From: Spirochaetia bacterium
GTDB taxonomy: Bacteria; Spirochaetota; Spirochaetia; CADAEX01
Assembly (NCBI GenBank): GCA_017446885.1
Contig: JAFSOR010000020.1
Location: 102,769-166,768, forward strand
Reading direction: 5' to 3'
Length of the DNA stretch: 64,000 nt
The stretch's first letter is position 1, and each line of letters begins with the position of its first letter. This document shows positions 28,327 to 37,926 of this stretch, in pieces. Under the pieces are notes generated by a model. It saw only the letters and a program-made list of their open reading frames with translations. It was not told the origin of the DNA and ran no database searches. The translations under genes were made by a program, and so were the position numbers.

Positions 28327-31050
28327 ATGTTGCAGAAAGTAGTCGAGGCTATATTCGGATCCAAGCATGACAGAGACTTGAAGGCTCTTCTTCCTATACT
28401 CCATAGCGTAAATGCCAAGGAAAGCTGGGCTATGTCGCTTAAGGACGACCAGTTCAAGGATGTGACACTCTCATTCAAGGAGCGGCTTAAGAAAGGGGAG
28501 ACCCTGGACGATATCCTGCCCGAGGCATTTGCCCTGTGCCGCGAGGCATCACGCCGTGTGCTGGGGGAACGGCCCTACGATGTTCAGATTATGGGCGGAA
28601 TAGTGCTGCATCAGGGCAAGATAACCGAGATGAAGACAGGCGAGGGAAAGACTCTGGCCAGCGTAACTGCGGCATACCTGAACGCCCTTTCAGGCAATGG
28701 TGTCCATATTGTAACTGTAAACGACTACCTGGCCGAGCGCGATGCCCAGTGGATGGGCAAAGTCCACAACTTCTTGGGGGTATCGGTAGGAACTGTCCTT
28801 TCAAACATGGACTTTGCAGCCAAGAAGAAGGCCTATAACTGCGATATAACCTATGCCACCAACAACGAGCTGGGATTCGACTACCTGCGTGACAACATGC
28901 GGTGGAGCGACGACCAGAAGGTGCAGCGTGGCCATAACTTTGCCATTGTGGACGAGATAGACTCAATCCTTATCGACGAGGCCAGGACGCCGCTTATCAT
29001 ATCGGGTGCTGCCGAGGATGACACCAGCAAGTTCTATCAGGTGGACAAGCTTATCCACTATCTTGACGAATGCAAGAAAAATCCAGACACCGGCGAGTAT
29101 CCCGAGGAAGACTCTGACCTTGTGGGTGACTACAAGCTTGAGGAAAAGACCAAGCATGTTGTGTTCACCAACGACGGCATGAACAAGATAGAGGCTCTTC
29201 TGCTCAAGAATAAGTATATAGAAGGTTCTCTTTTCACCGACGACAACTTTGAATATGTCCATTACTTTACCCAGGCACTCAAGGCCCATAAGCTGTTTCA
29301 CAGGGATGTGGACTATGTGGTGCAGGCTGGTGAGGTGCAGATAGTAGATGAGTTCACCGGCCGTATCCTTACAGGGCGCCGCTATTCCGACGGTCTGCAT
29401 CAGGCTATCGAGGCCAAGGAGAAAATCAAGGTTGCACGCAAGAACAGGACCCATGCCACAATAACATTCCAGAACTACTTCCGTATGTACGGAAAGCTTT
29501 CGGGCATGACAGGTACAGCCGACACCGAGGCGCGTGAGTTCACTAAAATCTACGACCTTGATGTTGTAGTCCTTCCTACAAACCGTCCTGTAATACGCGA
29601 TGACATGGACGACGAGATTTATTTGAACGAGGAATATAAGTTCAAGGCTATATGCGACGAGATTGCTGCTTCCCATACCAAGGGACAGCCTGTTCTGGTG
29701 GGTACAGTCTCCATAGAAAAGTCTGAGCAGCTTTCAGCTCTCCTTACCAAGCGTGGAATCCGCCACGAGGTGCTCAATGCCAAAAACCATGCCCGCGAGG
29801 CTATGATTATATCCGAGGCTGGTGCCAAAGGCTCTGTTACCATCGCCACCAACATGGCAGGCCGTGGTACCGATATCAAGCTGGGTGGTAACCCCGAGTT
29901 CATGGCACGCAAGATGTGCGGCACCGAGGCCGATCCTGCCGAATACGAGAAAGCCCTTGCCAAGGCAACCGAGAAGTGGAAGCTTGACTACGAGGAAGTA
30001 AAGGCTTTGGGCGGTCTCTATGTAATAGGAACAGAACGCCACGAATCGCGCCGTATAGACAACCAGCTGCGTGGCCGGTCGGGCCGTCAGGGAGACCCTG
30101 GAAAATCTAAGTTCTACATATCGCTGGACGATACCCTTATGCGCCTTTTCGGGGGCGACAACCTTAAATCTATGATGTCGCGCATAGGCATGAAAGCCGA
30201 TGAGCCTATCCATCATCCTTGGATAAGCAAGTCCATAGAGAATGCCCAGAAGCGGGTAGAAGAGCGCAACTACGAGATTCGTAAGCACCTTTTGGACTAC
30301 GACAACGTCCTTTCCGAGCACCGCAAATACATCTACTCAAAACGCGAGGAAGTTCTTGCCGACACCAACTTTACAGACCATATAAAGAGCATTATAGCTG
30401 AATTTGCCGACGACCTTTTCGATGGAATAAAGGAAATCTCCGAGGTGCCTGAGGTTGTAAAACGGTTCCGCGAGACTCTCTATTATTCGCCCGACACCCA
30501 TATCGATGTGACATCTTTTAAGACACTGCAGGACCTTAAGCAGGCTATTCTGAACAATATCTACAGCGAGATGGATGAAAAGGCGGCCAAAGTAGGGGCA
30601 GAGAACTTCAACATGTTTGCACGGATGGAATACCTCAGACTTATCGATATGAAGTGGCAGGAGCACCTTGAGAACCTGGATGCCTTGAGGGAGGCTGTGA
30701 ACCTGCGTGCATACGGACAGAAGAACCCGCTTTTGGAGTATAAGCTTGAGGGCTTTGAGATTTTTGACAAGATGATAGATGATATCCGCAAGGTTATTGT
30801 CCGCAAGGTCATAAATGTCAAGGTGGAGCGGTATTCCGGCGAGCCACAGCGGACACAAGCTGCATCGGTTGCAACACATCAGGAGTCTTCGCAGTTCGAT
30901 TCGCACCGTAATATGGCAAGCCAGAGCGGTGCAGTGACATCTAACCCCACAGGAAATGTACAGGTGGTGCGCAGCACTCCAAAGGTTGGACGCAACGACC
31001 CATGCCCCTGTGGCAGCGGAAAGAAATACAAGCACTGTCATGGTGCATAA
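28327..31050 (+). CDS. secA: preprotein translocase ATPase SecA
   Basis: Full-length, 907 aa; DEAD-like motor; C-terminal zinc finger [14 protein letters not shown]. Confidence 0.95.
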   Translation: MLQKVVEAIFGSKHDRDLKALLPILHSVNAKESWAMSLKDDQFKDVTLSFKERLKKGETLDDILPEAFALCREASRRVLGERPYDVQIMGGIVLHQGKITEMKTGEGKTLASVTAAYLNALSGNGVHIVTVNDYLAERDAQWMGKVHNFLGVSVGTVLSNMDFAAKKKAYNCDITYATNNELGFDYLRDNMRWSDDQKVQRGHNFAIVDEIDSILIDEARTPLIISGAAEDDTSKFYQVDKLIHYLDECKKNPDTGEYPEEDSDLVGDYKLEEKTKHVVFTNDGMNKIEALLLKNKYIEGSLFTDDNFEYVHYFTQALKAHKLFHRDVDYVVQAGEVQIVDEFTGRILTGRRYSDGLHQAIEAKEKIKVARKNRTHATITFQNYFRMYGKLSGMTGTADTEAREFTKIYDLDVVVLPTNRPVIRDDMDDEIYLNEEYKFKAICDEIAASHTKGQPVLVGTVSIEKSEQLSALLTKRGIRHEVLNAKNHAREAMIISEAGAKGSVTIATNMAGRGTDIKLGGNPEFMARKMCGTEADPAEYEKALAKATEKWKLDYEEVKALGGLYVIGTERHESRRIDNQLRGRSGRQGDPGKSKFYISLDDTLMRLFGGDNLKSMMSRIGMKADEPIHHPWISKSIENAQKRVEERNYEIRKHLLDYDNVLSEHRKYIYSKREEVLADTNFTDHIKSIIAEFADDLFDGIKEISEVPEVVKRFRETLYYSPDTHIDVTSFKTLQDLKQAILNNIYSEMDEKAAKVGAENFNMFARMEYLRLIDMKWQEHLENLDALREAVNLRAYGQKNPLLEYKLEGFEIFDKMIDDIRKVIVRKVINVKVERYSGEPQRTQAASVATHQESSQFDSHRNMASQSGAVTSNPTGNVQVVRSTPKVGRNDPCPCGSGKKYKHCHGA

Positions 31051-31061
31051 GGAGAGCATAA

Positions 31062-31739
31062 ATGATTAACACAGTTACTGAAATTGATGATATGGTGGCA
31101 CTTAAGAATGTGCTTATCAGCGTTTCAGATAAAACAGGGCTTGAGGATTTTGTAAAAGGGCTTATCAAGATAAACCCCGAGATAAAAATCTATTCCACAG
31201 GTGGCACTTTCACCGCAATCAAGGGCTATCTGGGCAGCTGTGCAGACAAAAACCTTATCCAGGTGTCCGATTACACAAAGCAGCCCGAGATGCAGGGTGG
31301 CCTTGTAAAGACACTGGACTTCAAGATCTACCTTGGAATCCTTTCCGAGACCTACAACGATGCCCACAAAAAGGACATTGCCCGCACCAATGCCACCATC
31401 TTTGACATGATAGTTGTAAACCTGTATCCGTTTGAGAAGACAGTTTCAAAATCAGAATCCACATCCGAGAATGCCCGTGGCAATATTGATATCGGCGGTC
31501 CATGCATGCTGCGTGCATCTGCCAAGAACTTTTTGCGTGTAGCCTCTGTGACAGACCCAGCAGACTATCCTGTAATCCTTAAAAACCTTGGTTCTCAGAA
31601 AGGGACTTTGAGTTTTGCACAGCGGTTTGAGCTTGCCAAAAAGACATTTGCCACCACAGCTAAGTACGACACAGCAATAAGCGCATATCTTGCCGGCCTT
31701 TCGCCATCCGATGCGGCAAAAGTTTACAATCTTCACTAA
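31062..31739 (+). CDS. purH: IMP cyclohydrolase domain of PurH (MGS-like), separate ORF
   Basis: Aligns to PurH residues ~1-200 (…VNLYPF…NIDIGGP…). Ends with TAA, followed by an AAGGAG RBS. Confidence 0.8.
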   Translation: MINTVTEIDDMVALKNVLISVSDKTGLEDFVKGLIKINPEIKIYSTGGTFTAIKGYLGSCADKNLIQVSDYTKQPEMQGGLVKTLDFKIYLGILSETYNDAHKKDIARTNATIFDMIVVNLYPFEKTVSKSESTSENARGNIDIGGPCMLRASAKNFLRVASVTDPADYPVILKNLGSQKGTLSFAQRFELAKKTFATTAKYDTAISAYLAGLSPSDAAKVYNLH

Positions 31740-31750
31740 GGAGTAAAGCT

Positions 31751-33004
31751 ATGGCAGAAAATCTCAAGGATATGTATAAGAACATAAACAAGGATGCATT
31801 CCCACAGTTCATGGACATAAGTTTCAGAAACTCTGACAGCGACAGGCAGACTCTTTTCTACGAGAAGGTGCAGTGGGATATCGCTGGCGAGAAGCTGGGC
31901 CTCCGCTACGGCGAGAACCCCGACCAGCCGGCAGCCATGTACAAGCTTATAAACGGCAACCTGGCCATAGGCGGGGTGGAGACAGTGCTCAAGGGGCGCT
32001 ATCTTGCCTCTGATGTGGAGCTCCTGCAGTCTGGCAAGCACCCTGGGAAAATCAATATAACCGACGTGGACAACGGGCTCAATATCCTGCGCTACTTCAC
32101 AGACACCCCATGCAGTGTAATCATCAAGCACAATAACCCATCTGGTGTTGCCAAGGGCGAGACACTGGCCGATGCCTTCCACAAATCCCTTATGGCAGAC
32201 CGCATTGCAGCATTTGGAGGTGCTGTTATCTTGAACCGCGAGGTTGACCTTGAGACTGCCGAACTGGTTACAGAGGGCTATGTAGAAGTTGTTGCTGCCC
32301 CAGAGTTCTCGGCAAAGGCTTTCGAGCTTTTCCAGACCAAGAAGAACCTGCGTGTTATGCGGATTAAGAACATAGACAAGCTCCAGGACTTTGCATATTC
32401 ACGGTTCATGGACTTTAAGTCTATACTGGACGGCGGAGTAATCGCCCAGTGGTCGTATCTGCCAAAAGCCCGGACAAAGGATGATTTCCTCCCGGCTGTA
32501 TGCGAGTACAAAGGTACAGAATACCGTGTGAACCGGCAGCCTACCGACAAGGAATACGAGGATATGATATTCGGCTGGCTGGTTGAAAGCGGTGTTACAA
32601 GCAACTCTGTGATATATGTCAAAGACGGTGTTACAGTTGGAATAGGAACTGGCGAGCAGGACCGTGTAGGCGTTGCCGAGATTGCCCGTGACAAGGCATA
32701 TAAGAAAATGTGCGACCGCATCTGCTGGGATTTATACGCAAAGTCCTGGTACGAGCTTACAGACCCTGAAAAACGAGCTTCCATAGAATCTGTTGTAAAC
32801 GACGAGCACGGCGGACTTAAGGGGGCTGTAATGGTTTCCGATGCCTTCTTCCCGTTCCGGGACGGAATAGACATTGGCCTTAAAGAAGGGGTAACCGCAG
32901 TGGTTCAGCCGGGCGGCTCGCTCCGTGACTTTGAATCTATAATTGCCTGCAACGAATACAATGCAGCCATGGTCTACACAGGCCAGAGGAGTTTCAGGCA
33001 CTGA
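31751..33004 (+). CDS. purH: AICAR formyltransferase domain of PurH, separate ORF
   Basis: …RYGENPDQ… and the rest of the AICARFT domain; different frame from the N-domain ORF. Confidence 0.85.
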   Translation: MAENLKDMYKNINKDAFPQFMDISFRNSDSDRQTLFYEKVQWDIAGEKLGLRYGENPDQPAAMYKLINGNLAIGGVETVLKGRYLASDVELLQSGKHPGKINITDVDNGLNILRYFTDTPCSVIIKHNNPSGVAKGETLADAFHKSLMADRIAAFGGAVILNREVDLETAELVTEGYVEVVAAPEFSAKAFELFQTKKNLRVMRIKNIDKLQDFAYSRFMDFKSILDGGVIAQWSYLPKARTKDDFLPAVCEYKGTEYRVNRQPTDKEYEDMIFGWLVESGVTSNSVIYVKDGVTVGIGTGEQDRVGVAEIARDKAYKKMCDRICWDLYAKSWYELTDPEKRASIESVVNDEHGGLKGAVMVSDAFFPFRDGIDIGLKEGVTAVVQPGGSLRDFESIIACNEYNAAMVYTGQRSFRH

Positions 33005-34134
33005 TGCAGAAGGATAAGGTCCGCCCGAGAGTTCTTATTATCCTCTTAGCCTGCTGCCTTGTAGGGCTGTTGATATTCAATATCGTAACCCTGAATGCTG
33101 TCAAGAAACTTGGCGATTCTGCACGCGAGACAGCTGCTGCAGTGGGCAATCTGGATTACACTCTCCAGAACATGGGCGAAGACCTTTCCGATGCGCGCAA
33201 TGTGCTTGGACTTAAGATAAACAGCTACGGCTCTGACCTTGCCCAGGATGCACCGGAGGCTCCAGCCGACGACTATGCAGGCTACTACAGCGCTCTGGAC
33301 CAGCTTATGTCGGAGTTCAGTGAATCTATGCTTAGAAAGGGCTGCTCCTACTTTATGGAGAGCAGGGAGTGCCTTGACCTATACCGTTCATTCAATCTTA
33401 CACCTGTGCAAAAGGGAAGGGATATACTCCTTTCAAGCTCTGGCAAGCTTTATTACAGGCTTTCTATACTGCCCTATACTACAGGGGGCAAAGTGCAGTT
33501 CGATACCGAGACCTTTGACAAGGTATCCACTGCCAGGATAAGTACTGAAAAAGAGCTTTCCTCATTTATAGAGGCCAACCAGAGCCGTATACAGGCCCAT
33601 TATGCAGACCTTGAGCCGGTGGCAAGGAAATTTGATCAGTATTCTAAAAATCCTCAGCTGCTTTCATATCTTTCAGGACAGAAGCTCTATATCAAGAAAA
33701 GGGAAAGCGAGCCTCTGCAGACAGGCTACGACATACGCCGCACCGACGGTTCGCTTTTATGCAGCATGATGCTTGACATGGTGGAGGGCAATATCACACT
33801 TGGCAGTAAAAAATGCAAAGATACCGATGAGCTGTGGGAAGACCTTTTAAAGCTCCATACCCTTTTCGATATACGCACTGTCTCTGAGAAAAAGACCGAA
33901 TCCAAGCTGGAAGAGCTTTCTGCCATGGTCAAGGATCCAGCCTTTATGGCATTCCTGGAGACCAAGGGTTTTGCCATTGCCCCCGAGCCGCAGGAAAGCG
34001 ATGAAAGCTACGATTTTCCTATTACCGACAAAGGTGGCTTTAAGATAGGTACACTCTCTCTTGAAAAGGATACCGGCGAGGTATACCTGTTCGACAGCGA
34101 CAACGTGGTTGTATCATCGGTAAAAAAAAACTGA
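33004..34134 (+). CDS. hypothetical membrane-anchored protein
   Basis: Single N-terminal TM; no recognisable domain; A9 tract at its 3' end (34124-34132). Confidence 0.5.
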   Translation: MQKDKVRPRVLIILLACCLVGLLIFNIVTLNAVKKLGDSARETAAAVGNLDYTLQNMGEDLSDARNVLGLKINSYGSDLAQDAPEAPADDYAGYYSALDQLMSEFSESMLRKGCSYFMESRECLDLYRSFNLTPVQKGRDILLSSSGKLYYRLSILPYTTGGKVQFDTETFDKVSTARISTEKELSSFIEANQSRIQAHYADLEPVARKFDQYSKNPQLLSYLSGQKLYIKKRESEPLQTGYDIRRTDGSLLCSMMLDMVEGNITLGSKKCKDTDELWEDLLKLHTLFDIRTVSEKKTESKLEELSAMVKDPAFMAFLETKGFAIAPEPQESDESYDFPITDKGGFKIGTLSLEKDTGEVYLFDSDNVVVSSVKKN

Positions 34135-34187
34135 ATTTTAGCACCGCCTCTGGCTCCGATGGCCACTTTACAATCCTATTATGCGGC

Positions 34188-34949
34188 ATGAACCAGCGGA
34201 ATACCGACACCCTGATTATCGCAAACCTGGATTTAAACTTTAACAAGGCCACACTCATAAGCATTCCACGGGATCTTTTCTACAAACGTGCCAAGATAAA
34301 CAGTATCTTTCGCCGTTTCGGGCCAAAAGTCCTGGAGAATACAATTTCCGAGATAACAGGGCTAAGGATAGATAAATATGTGATGGTTGACATGTATGCC
34401 TTTGCCGAGCTTGTGAATGTGCTGGGTGGCATAGATGTGGAGCTTACAGAGCCCCTGGTGGACCCTACATACCGCGTAAGGGATGATAACGGCAAATGGT
34501 CAACCCTCTATTATCCTGCTGGGGTGCACCATGTCAACGGAGTGCAGGCGCTGCGTATAGCCCGGGCCCGCCATTATACGCCGGCTTTCTCGCGCGATAT
34601 GCGCCAGCAGCAGATTCTTAGGGCTGTCAAAGACAAGCTCCTTTCCATAGGCCTTTCCGACATAAACCGCCTGGGACGTATCATCAAGCTGGGTTTCAAG
34701 TATGTGGAGACCGATATATCGTGGCTTGAGGCATTCAGCCTATACCGCAGCTGCCAGGATATAACTTTGCATCACGCTGTGCTGAATACAGACAATGTGC
34801 TCTATGCAACATATACAAACCTGCTTGCTACCGGCCTTTCGGAGGATGAGGTGGCCGAAGACTTTGACAAAGGGGCTTGGATTGTCATGCCTCTTGACAA
34901 TGACTGGAAAGTTATTAAAAAATTCATAGAGGAAAAACTGGCTGAATGA
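34188..34949 (+). CDS. LCP (LytR-CpsA-Psr) family protein
   Basis: …LIIANLDLN…ISIPRD… core motif of LCP phosphotransferases. Confidence 0.75.
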   Translation: MNQRNTDTLIIANLDLNFNKATLISIPRDLFYKRAKINSIFRRFGPKVLENTISEITGLRIDKYVMVDMYAFAELVNVLGGIDVELTEPLVDPTYRVRDDNGKWSTLYYPAGVHHVNGVQALRIARARHYTPAFSRDMRQQQILRAVKDKLLSIGLSDINRLGRIIKLGFKYVETDISWLEAFSLYRSCQDITLHHAVLNTDNVLYATYTNLLATGLSEDEVAEDFDKGAWIVMPLDNDWKVIKKFIEEKLAE

Positions 34950-36241
34950 AAAAATATTTTCTTGAGACATACGGCTGCCAGATGAACAAGGCAGAGTCCG
35001 ATTCCCTTGAGCTTATACTGCAGAAAAGAGGATGGGAGCCCTGTACCCTGGATTCGCAGGCCGACCTTATAATCATAAACACATGCTCTGTCCGCCAGAC
35101 TGCCGAAGACCGCATATGGGGCCGCATAGGCTATTTCAAGAAGCTTAAGCAGAGCCACAGTTTCAAGCTGGTCATAATCGGCTGCATGGCCCAGCGTGTA
35201 AAAGAGGAACTTTATACCACCTGCAAGGGGACTGTAGACCTGGTCCTGGGAACGCTGGAGAAAAACAATATACTTGAATATCTTGAGGGGCTTCCGGAAT
35301 CCGGCTCTGAACCCGGTGCCTATACATTCCAGGAATACCATTCCGACGGAACCAGCTTTAAGACATTTGTCCCCATAATGCACGGCTGCAACAACTTCTG
35401 CTCCTACTGCATTGTCCCATATGTGCGTGGCCGCGAGGTTTCCCGCAAGGCCGAGGAGGTTCTGCATGAGATAACATTCCTGGAGGATCATAATGTCAGG
35501 GAAATCACACTTTTAGGGCAGAACGTAAACTCATACCGTGGCATGTATCAGGGAAGGGAGATATCATTCCCAGAGCTTCTTGACCTTATATGCAGCCACA
35601 TAAATTCTATAGGCTGGGTTCGCTTCCTGTCATCACATCCCAAGGATTTCAGCTCAGAGCTTATAGACACAATAGCATCGCATCCTCAGATATGCCGCCA
35701 TATCCATCTGCCGGTGCAGCATGGCAGCGACCGCATCCTAAGCCTTATGAACAGGCGCTATACTGCATCTCATTACCTTGATATAGTGTCCGAGATAAAG
35801 GAAAAGATACCAGGTGTATCCCTTACCACCGACATACTTATAGGGTTCCCCGGCGAGACCGAGGAAGACCTTGAAGCTACCCTTGACCTTATGAATAAGG
35901 TCCGTTTTATAGATGCATACACTTATTACTACAACCCCCGGGAAGGAACCAAAGCCTGCACCATGGCCGACAGCCTAAGCCTTGATACCAAGCTTAAGAG
36001 GCTTGAGAAGGTGATAGCCCTGCAGCACCGTATAACTGCCGAAGAGAAAGAGAAGAAGGTGGGACAGATAAAGCGTGTCCTTGTGGAGTCGGTCTCGAAA
36101 AAGGACAAGACCGAGATGCTTGGCCGCACCGAAGGGGATGAGATGGTTGTTTTTCCTGAAAAATATGATACAATAGGGAAGTTCATAGATGTAAAGCTTC
36201 TTTCCTGCAATGGAAACACATATAAAGGAGTCAGAGTATGA
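34946..36241 (+). CDS. miaB: tRNA-i6A37 methylthiotransferase (radical SAM, MiaB family)
   Basis: ETYGCQMN N-terminal motif; CxxxCxxC radical SAM; TRAM C-terminus. Confidence 0.85.
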   Translation: MKKYFLETYGCQMNKAESDSLELILQKRGWEPCTLDSQADLIIINTCSVRQTAEDRIWGRIGYFKKLKQSHSFKLVIIGCMAQRVKEELYTTCKGTVDLVLGTLEKNNILEYLEGLPESGSEPGAYTFQEYHSDGTSFKTFVPIMHGCNNFCSYCIVPYVRGREVSRKAEEVLHEITFLEDHNVREITLLGQNVNSYRGMYQGREISFPELLDLICSHINSIGWVRFLSSHPKDFSSELIDTIASHPQICRHIHLPVQHGSDRILSLMNRRYTASHYLDIVSEIKEKIPGVSLTTDILIGFPGETEEDLEATLDLMNKVRFIDAYTYYYNPREGTKACTMADSLSLDTKLKRLEKVIALQHRITAEEKEKKVGQIKRVLVESVSKKDKTEMLGRTEGDEMVVFPEKYDTIGKFIDVKLLSCNGNTYKGVRV

Positions 36242-36531
36242 GATTCAGGATGATACTGTTTGTTATCTTCATCTGTTTTTATGCGCTTTTTGCAGCGCTT
36301 AACCTATCTAACGCCACCGATATCAACTTCGGCTTTATCTCTTTCAGCCATGTTCCGATTTTCCTCGCGGTTACCGTGGCATTTGCACTTGGAGCTCTTT
36401 TCATGCTTCCTCTTGCCCTGGTAAGGAGAAAGCCTAAAGAGAAAAAAGAAAAGCCGGTAAAAGAAAAGAAAAAGAAAGGCAAGGAGCCGATTGTTCCACT
36501 TGAGCAGCCTGAAGAGAATAAGCCGTTATAA
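36238..36531 (+). CDS. small membrane protein with Lys-rich tail (LapA/DUF1049-like)
   Basis: Two TM helices plus a KPKEKKEKPVKEKKKKGKEP tail. Confidence 0.45.
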   Translation: MRFRMILFVIFICFYALFAALNLSNATDINFGFISFSHVPIFLAVTVAFALGALFMLPLALVRRKPKEKKEKPVKEKKKKGKEPIVPLEQPEENKPL

Positions 36532-37495
36532 TTTAATCCTCATTCTTCTGCTTGTCTGCACATCGCTTTGGGGGGCAGACCTGGATCAGTACTACAAGAC
36601 TGTCCAGAACAGCAAGGAGGTGCCTGATAAGGCACTGGAAGAGATTTTTAAGCAGGAGACCAGCGCAAACAAGATTCTGGAGGCTGTAGGATCGTGCAAA
36701 GAGAGAATCCAGGCCAAGTATGATATTTTCACCAAGGCTGCAAACCTGGCCCTTATGTGCGGCAAATTTGACATTGCCCAGCAGTATTTCCAGCTGGCCT
36801 ACGATGCCAACCAGGATTCGTGGTATTCCCTCTATATGTCTGCCGCACTGCTTTACGAACAGGGCGAGTTCGAGCTGCCATATCTTAAATTCAGGGTGGT
36901 GGAGGAAAAGGCAGGCTCCCCACTTAAGCTTAAAGCCAAGGCCATGAGCGGGGCAGTGCTCCTTTCGCAGGGTAAGAGTTCCGATGGCCTAAGGCAGCTT
37001 ACAAGCACACTATCTTCCACATCTGACGATGGAGTTATCTACCTTATCTACGATATAGCCTCTGCATTCTCTATCCCGGAACTTAAAGATTCTGCCGCAA
37101 AAAAACTCAAAGCAGGCGGTTTCCAGGGACGTCTGGTGTCGGACAAGGCTTCTTTTCCAATCACACCGTCCCGTATCTTTATATCGTCCGATTATTCTGT
37201 AACTGCTATAAGCAAGGCCGAAGAGAGCAAGACAAAGTCATCAAGCCAGGCCGAGCAGGATGCTTCTGTAAGGCGTCCTGTTGCAATCCAGGTGGGATCG
37301 TTCGGCAGCGAGACCAATGCCAGGAATATGGAGAAAAGGCTTAAGGACCTGGGGGTAAAGCCTGCTGTAAACGTTGTCAAGTCTGGCGACAAGACTCTGT
37401 ATAAGGTAACTGTGCCGGTAGATGCCGATATGGATGTGAACAACACTGTGCTGCTGCTCAAAGACAACGGCATTGAATCATATTACGTGTTCTAA
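36491..37495 (+). CDS. TPR-repeat protein with C-terminal SPOR (peptidoglycan-binding) domain
   Basis: Signal peptide; TPR-like helices; C-terminal SPOR signature (VAIQVGSFGSETNARNM…YKVTVPV). Confidence 0.7.
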   Translation: MFHLSSLKRISRYNLILILLLVCTSLWGADLDQYYKTVQNSKEVPDKALEEIFKQETSANKILEAVGSCKERIQAKYDIFTKAANLALMCGKFDIAQQYFQLAYDANQDSWYSLYMSAALLYEQGEFELPYLKFRVVEEKAGSPLKLKAKAMSGAVLLSQGKSSDGLRQLTSTLSSTSDDGVIYLIYDIASAFSIPELKDSAAKKLKAGGFQGRLVSDKASFPITPSRIFISSDYSVTAISKAEESKTKSSSQAEQDASVRRPVAIQVGSFGSETNARNMEKRLKDLGVKPAVNVVKSGDKTLYKVTVPVDADMDVNNTVLLLKDNGIESYYVF

Positions 37496-37864
37496 TTTTT
37501 CCTTAAGGTCAGAGACAAAGCTGCGGGTATCGGTATGCCATGGCAGCAGGTCAACACCCAGAAATTCTGCAGCAGAACTATCATTTATTAAAAATGTACG
37601 ACCGAAAAGTAGTATAAATTTACAATTATTTAAATTATACTTCGAAAAAAGATAGGCAGTTTTCCAGTAATCAGGATAATCATCATAGTTGAACAGTATA
37701 AGATTAGGATTCTGGGCTTTCATGGCATCCATAGCTCCAATGGGGTTGTTGTTCAGCACCAGGTTGTGCTCCGGTGTAGAAGCGCGCTGGATTGCCTGCT
37801 GAAGGTTCTGGTTTTCTGCAATACTGAAAATTGTCATATCGTTCCTCATCTTATTATCCCACAC
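37478..37864 (-). CDS. hypothetical protein (possibly degenerate receiver-like)
   Basis: ORF only; weak resemblance to a CheY-like fold; AT-rich. Confidence 0.35.
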   Translation of the reverse strand: MWDNKMRNDMTIFSIAENQNLQQAIQRASTPEHNLVLNNNPIGAMDAMKAQNPNLILFNYDDYPDYWKTAYLFSKYNLNNCKFILLFGRTFLINDSSAAEFLGVDLLPWHTDTRSFVSDLKEKLEHVI

Positions 37865-37926
37865 ATTTGTTCTTTAATCTATATTTAAATTATACTTTTT
37901 TTATGGTATCTTGAACTTGTGAAATT

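Noticed and set aside
34124-34132. A9 homopolymer at the 3' end of CDS 33004..34134 as a phase-variation tract
   Set aside because: The tract lies in the last three codons (KKN*). Slippage would alter only the extreme C-terminus, so it is unlikely to be a functional on/off switch.
37627-37898. Two copies of the AT-rich 16-mer tatttaaattatactt about 255 bp apart
   Set aside because: The sequence is low-complexity and AT-rich. One copy lies inside an ORF and the other in the mfd promoter region. It was probably a chance match. No mobile-element features are present.
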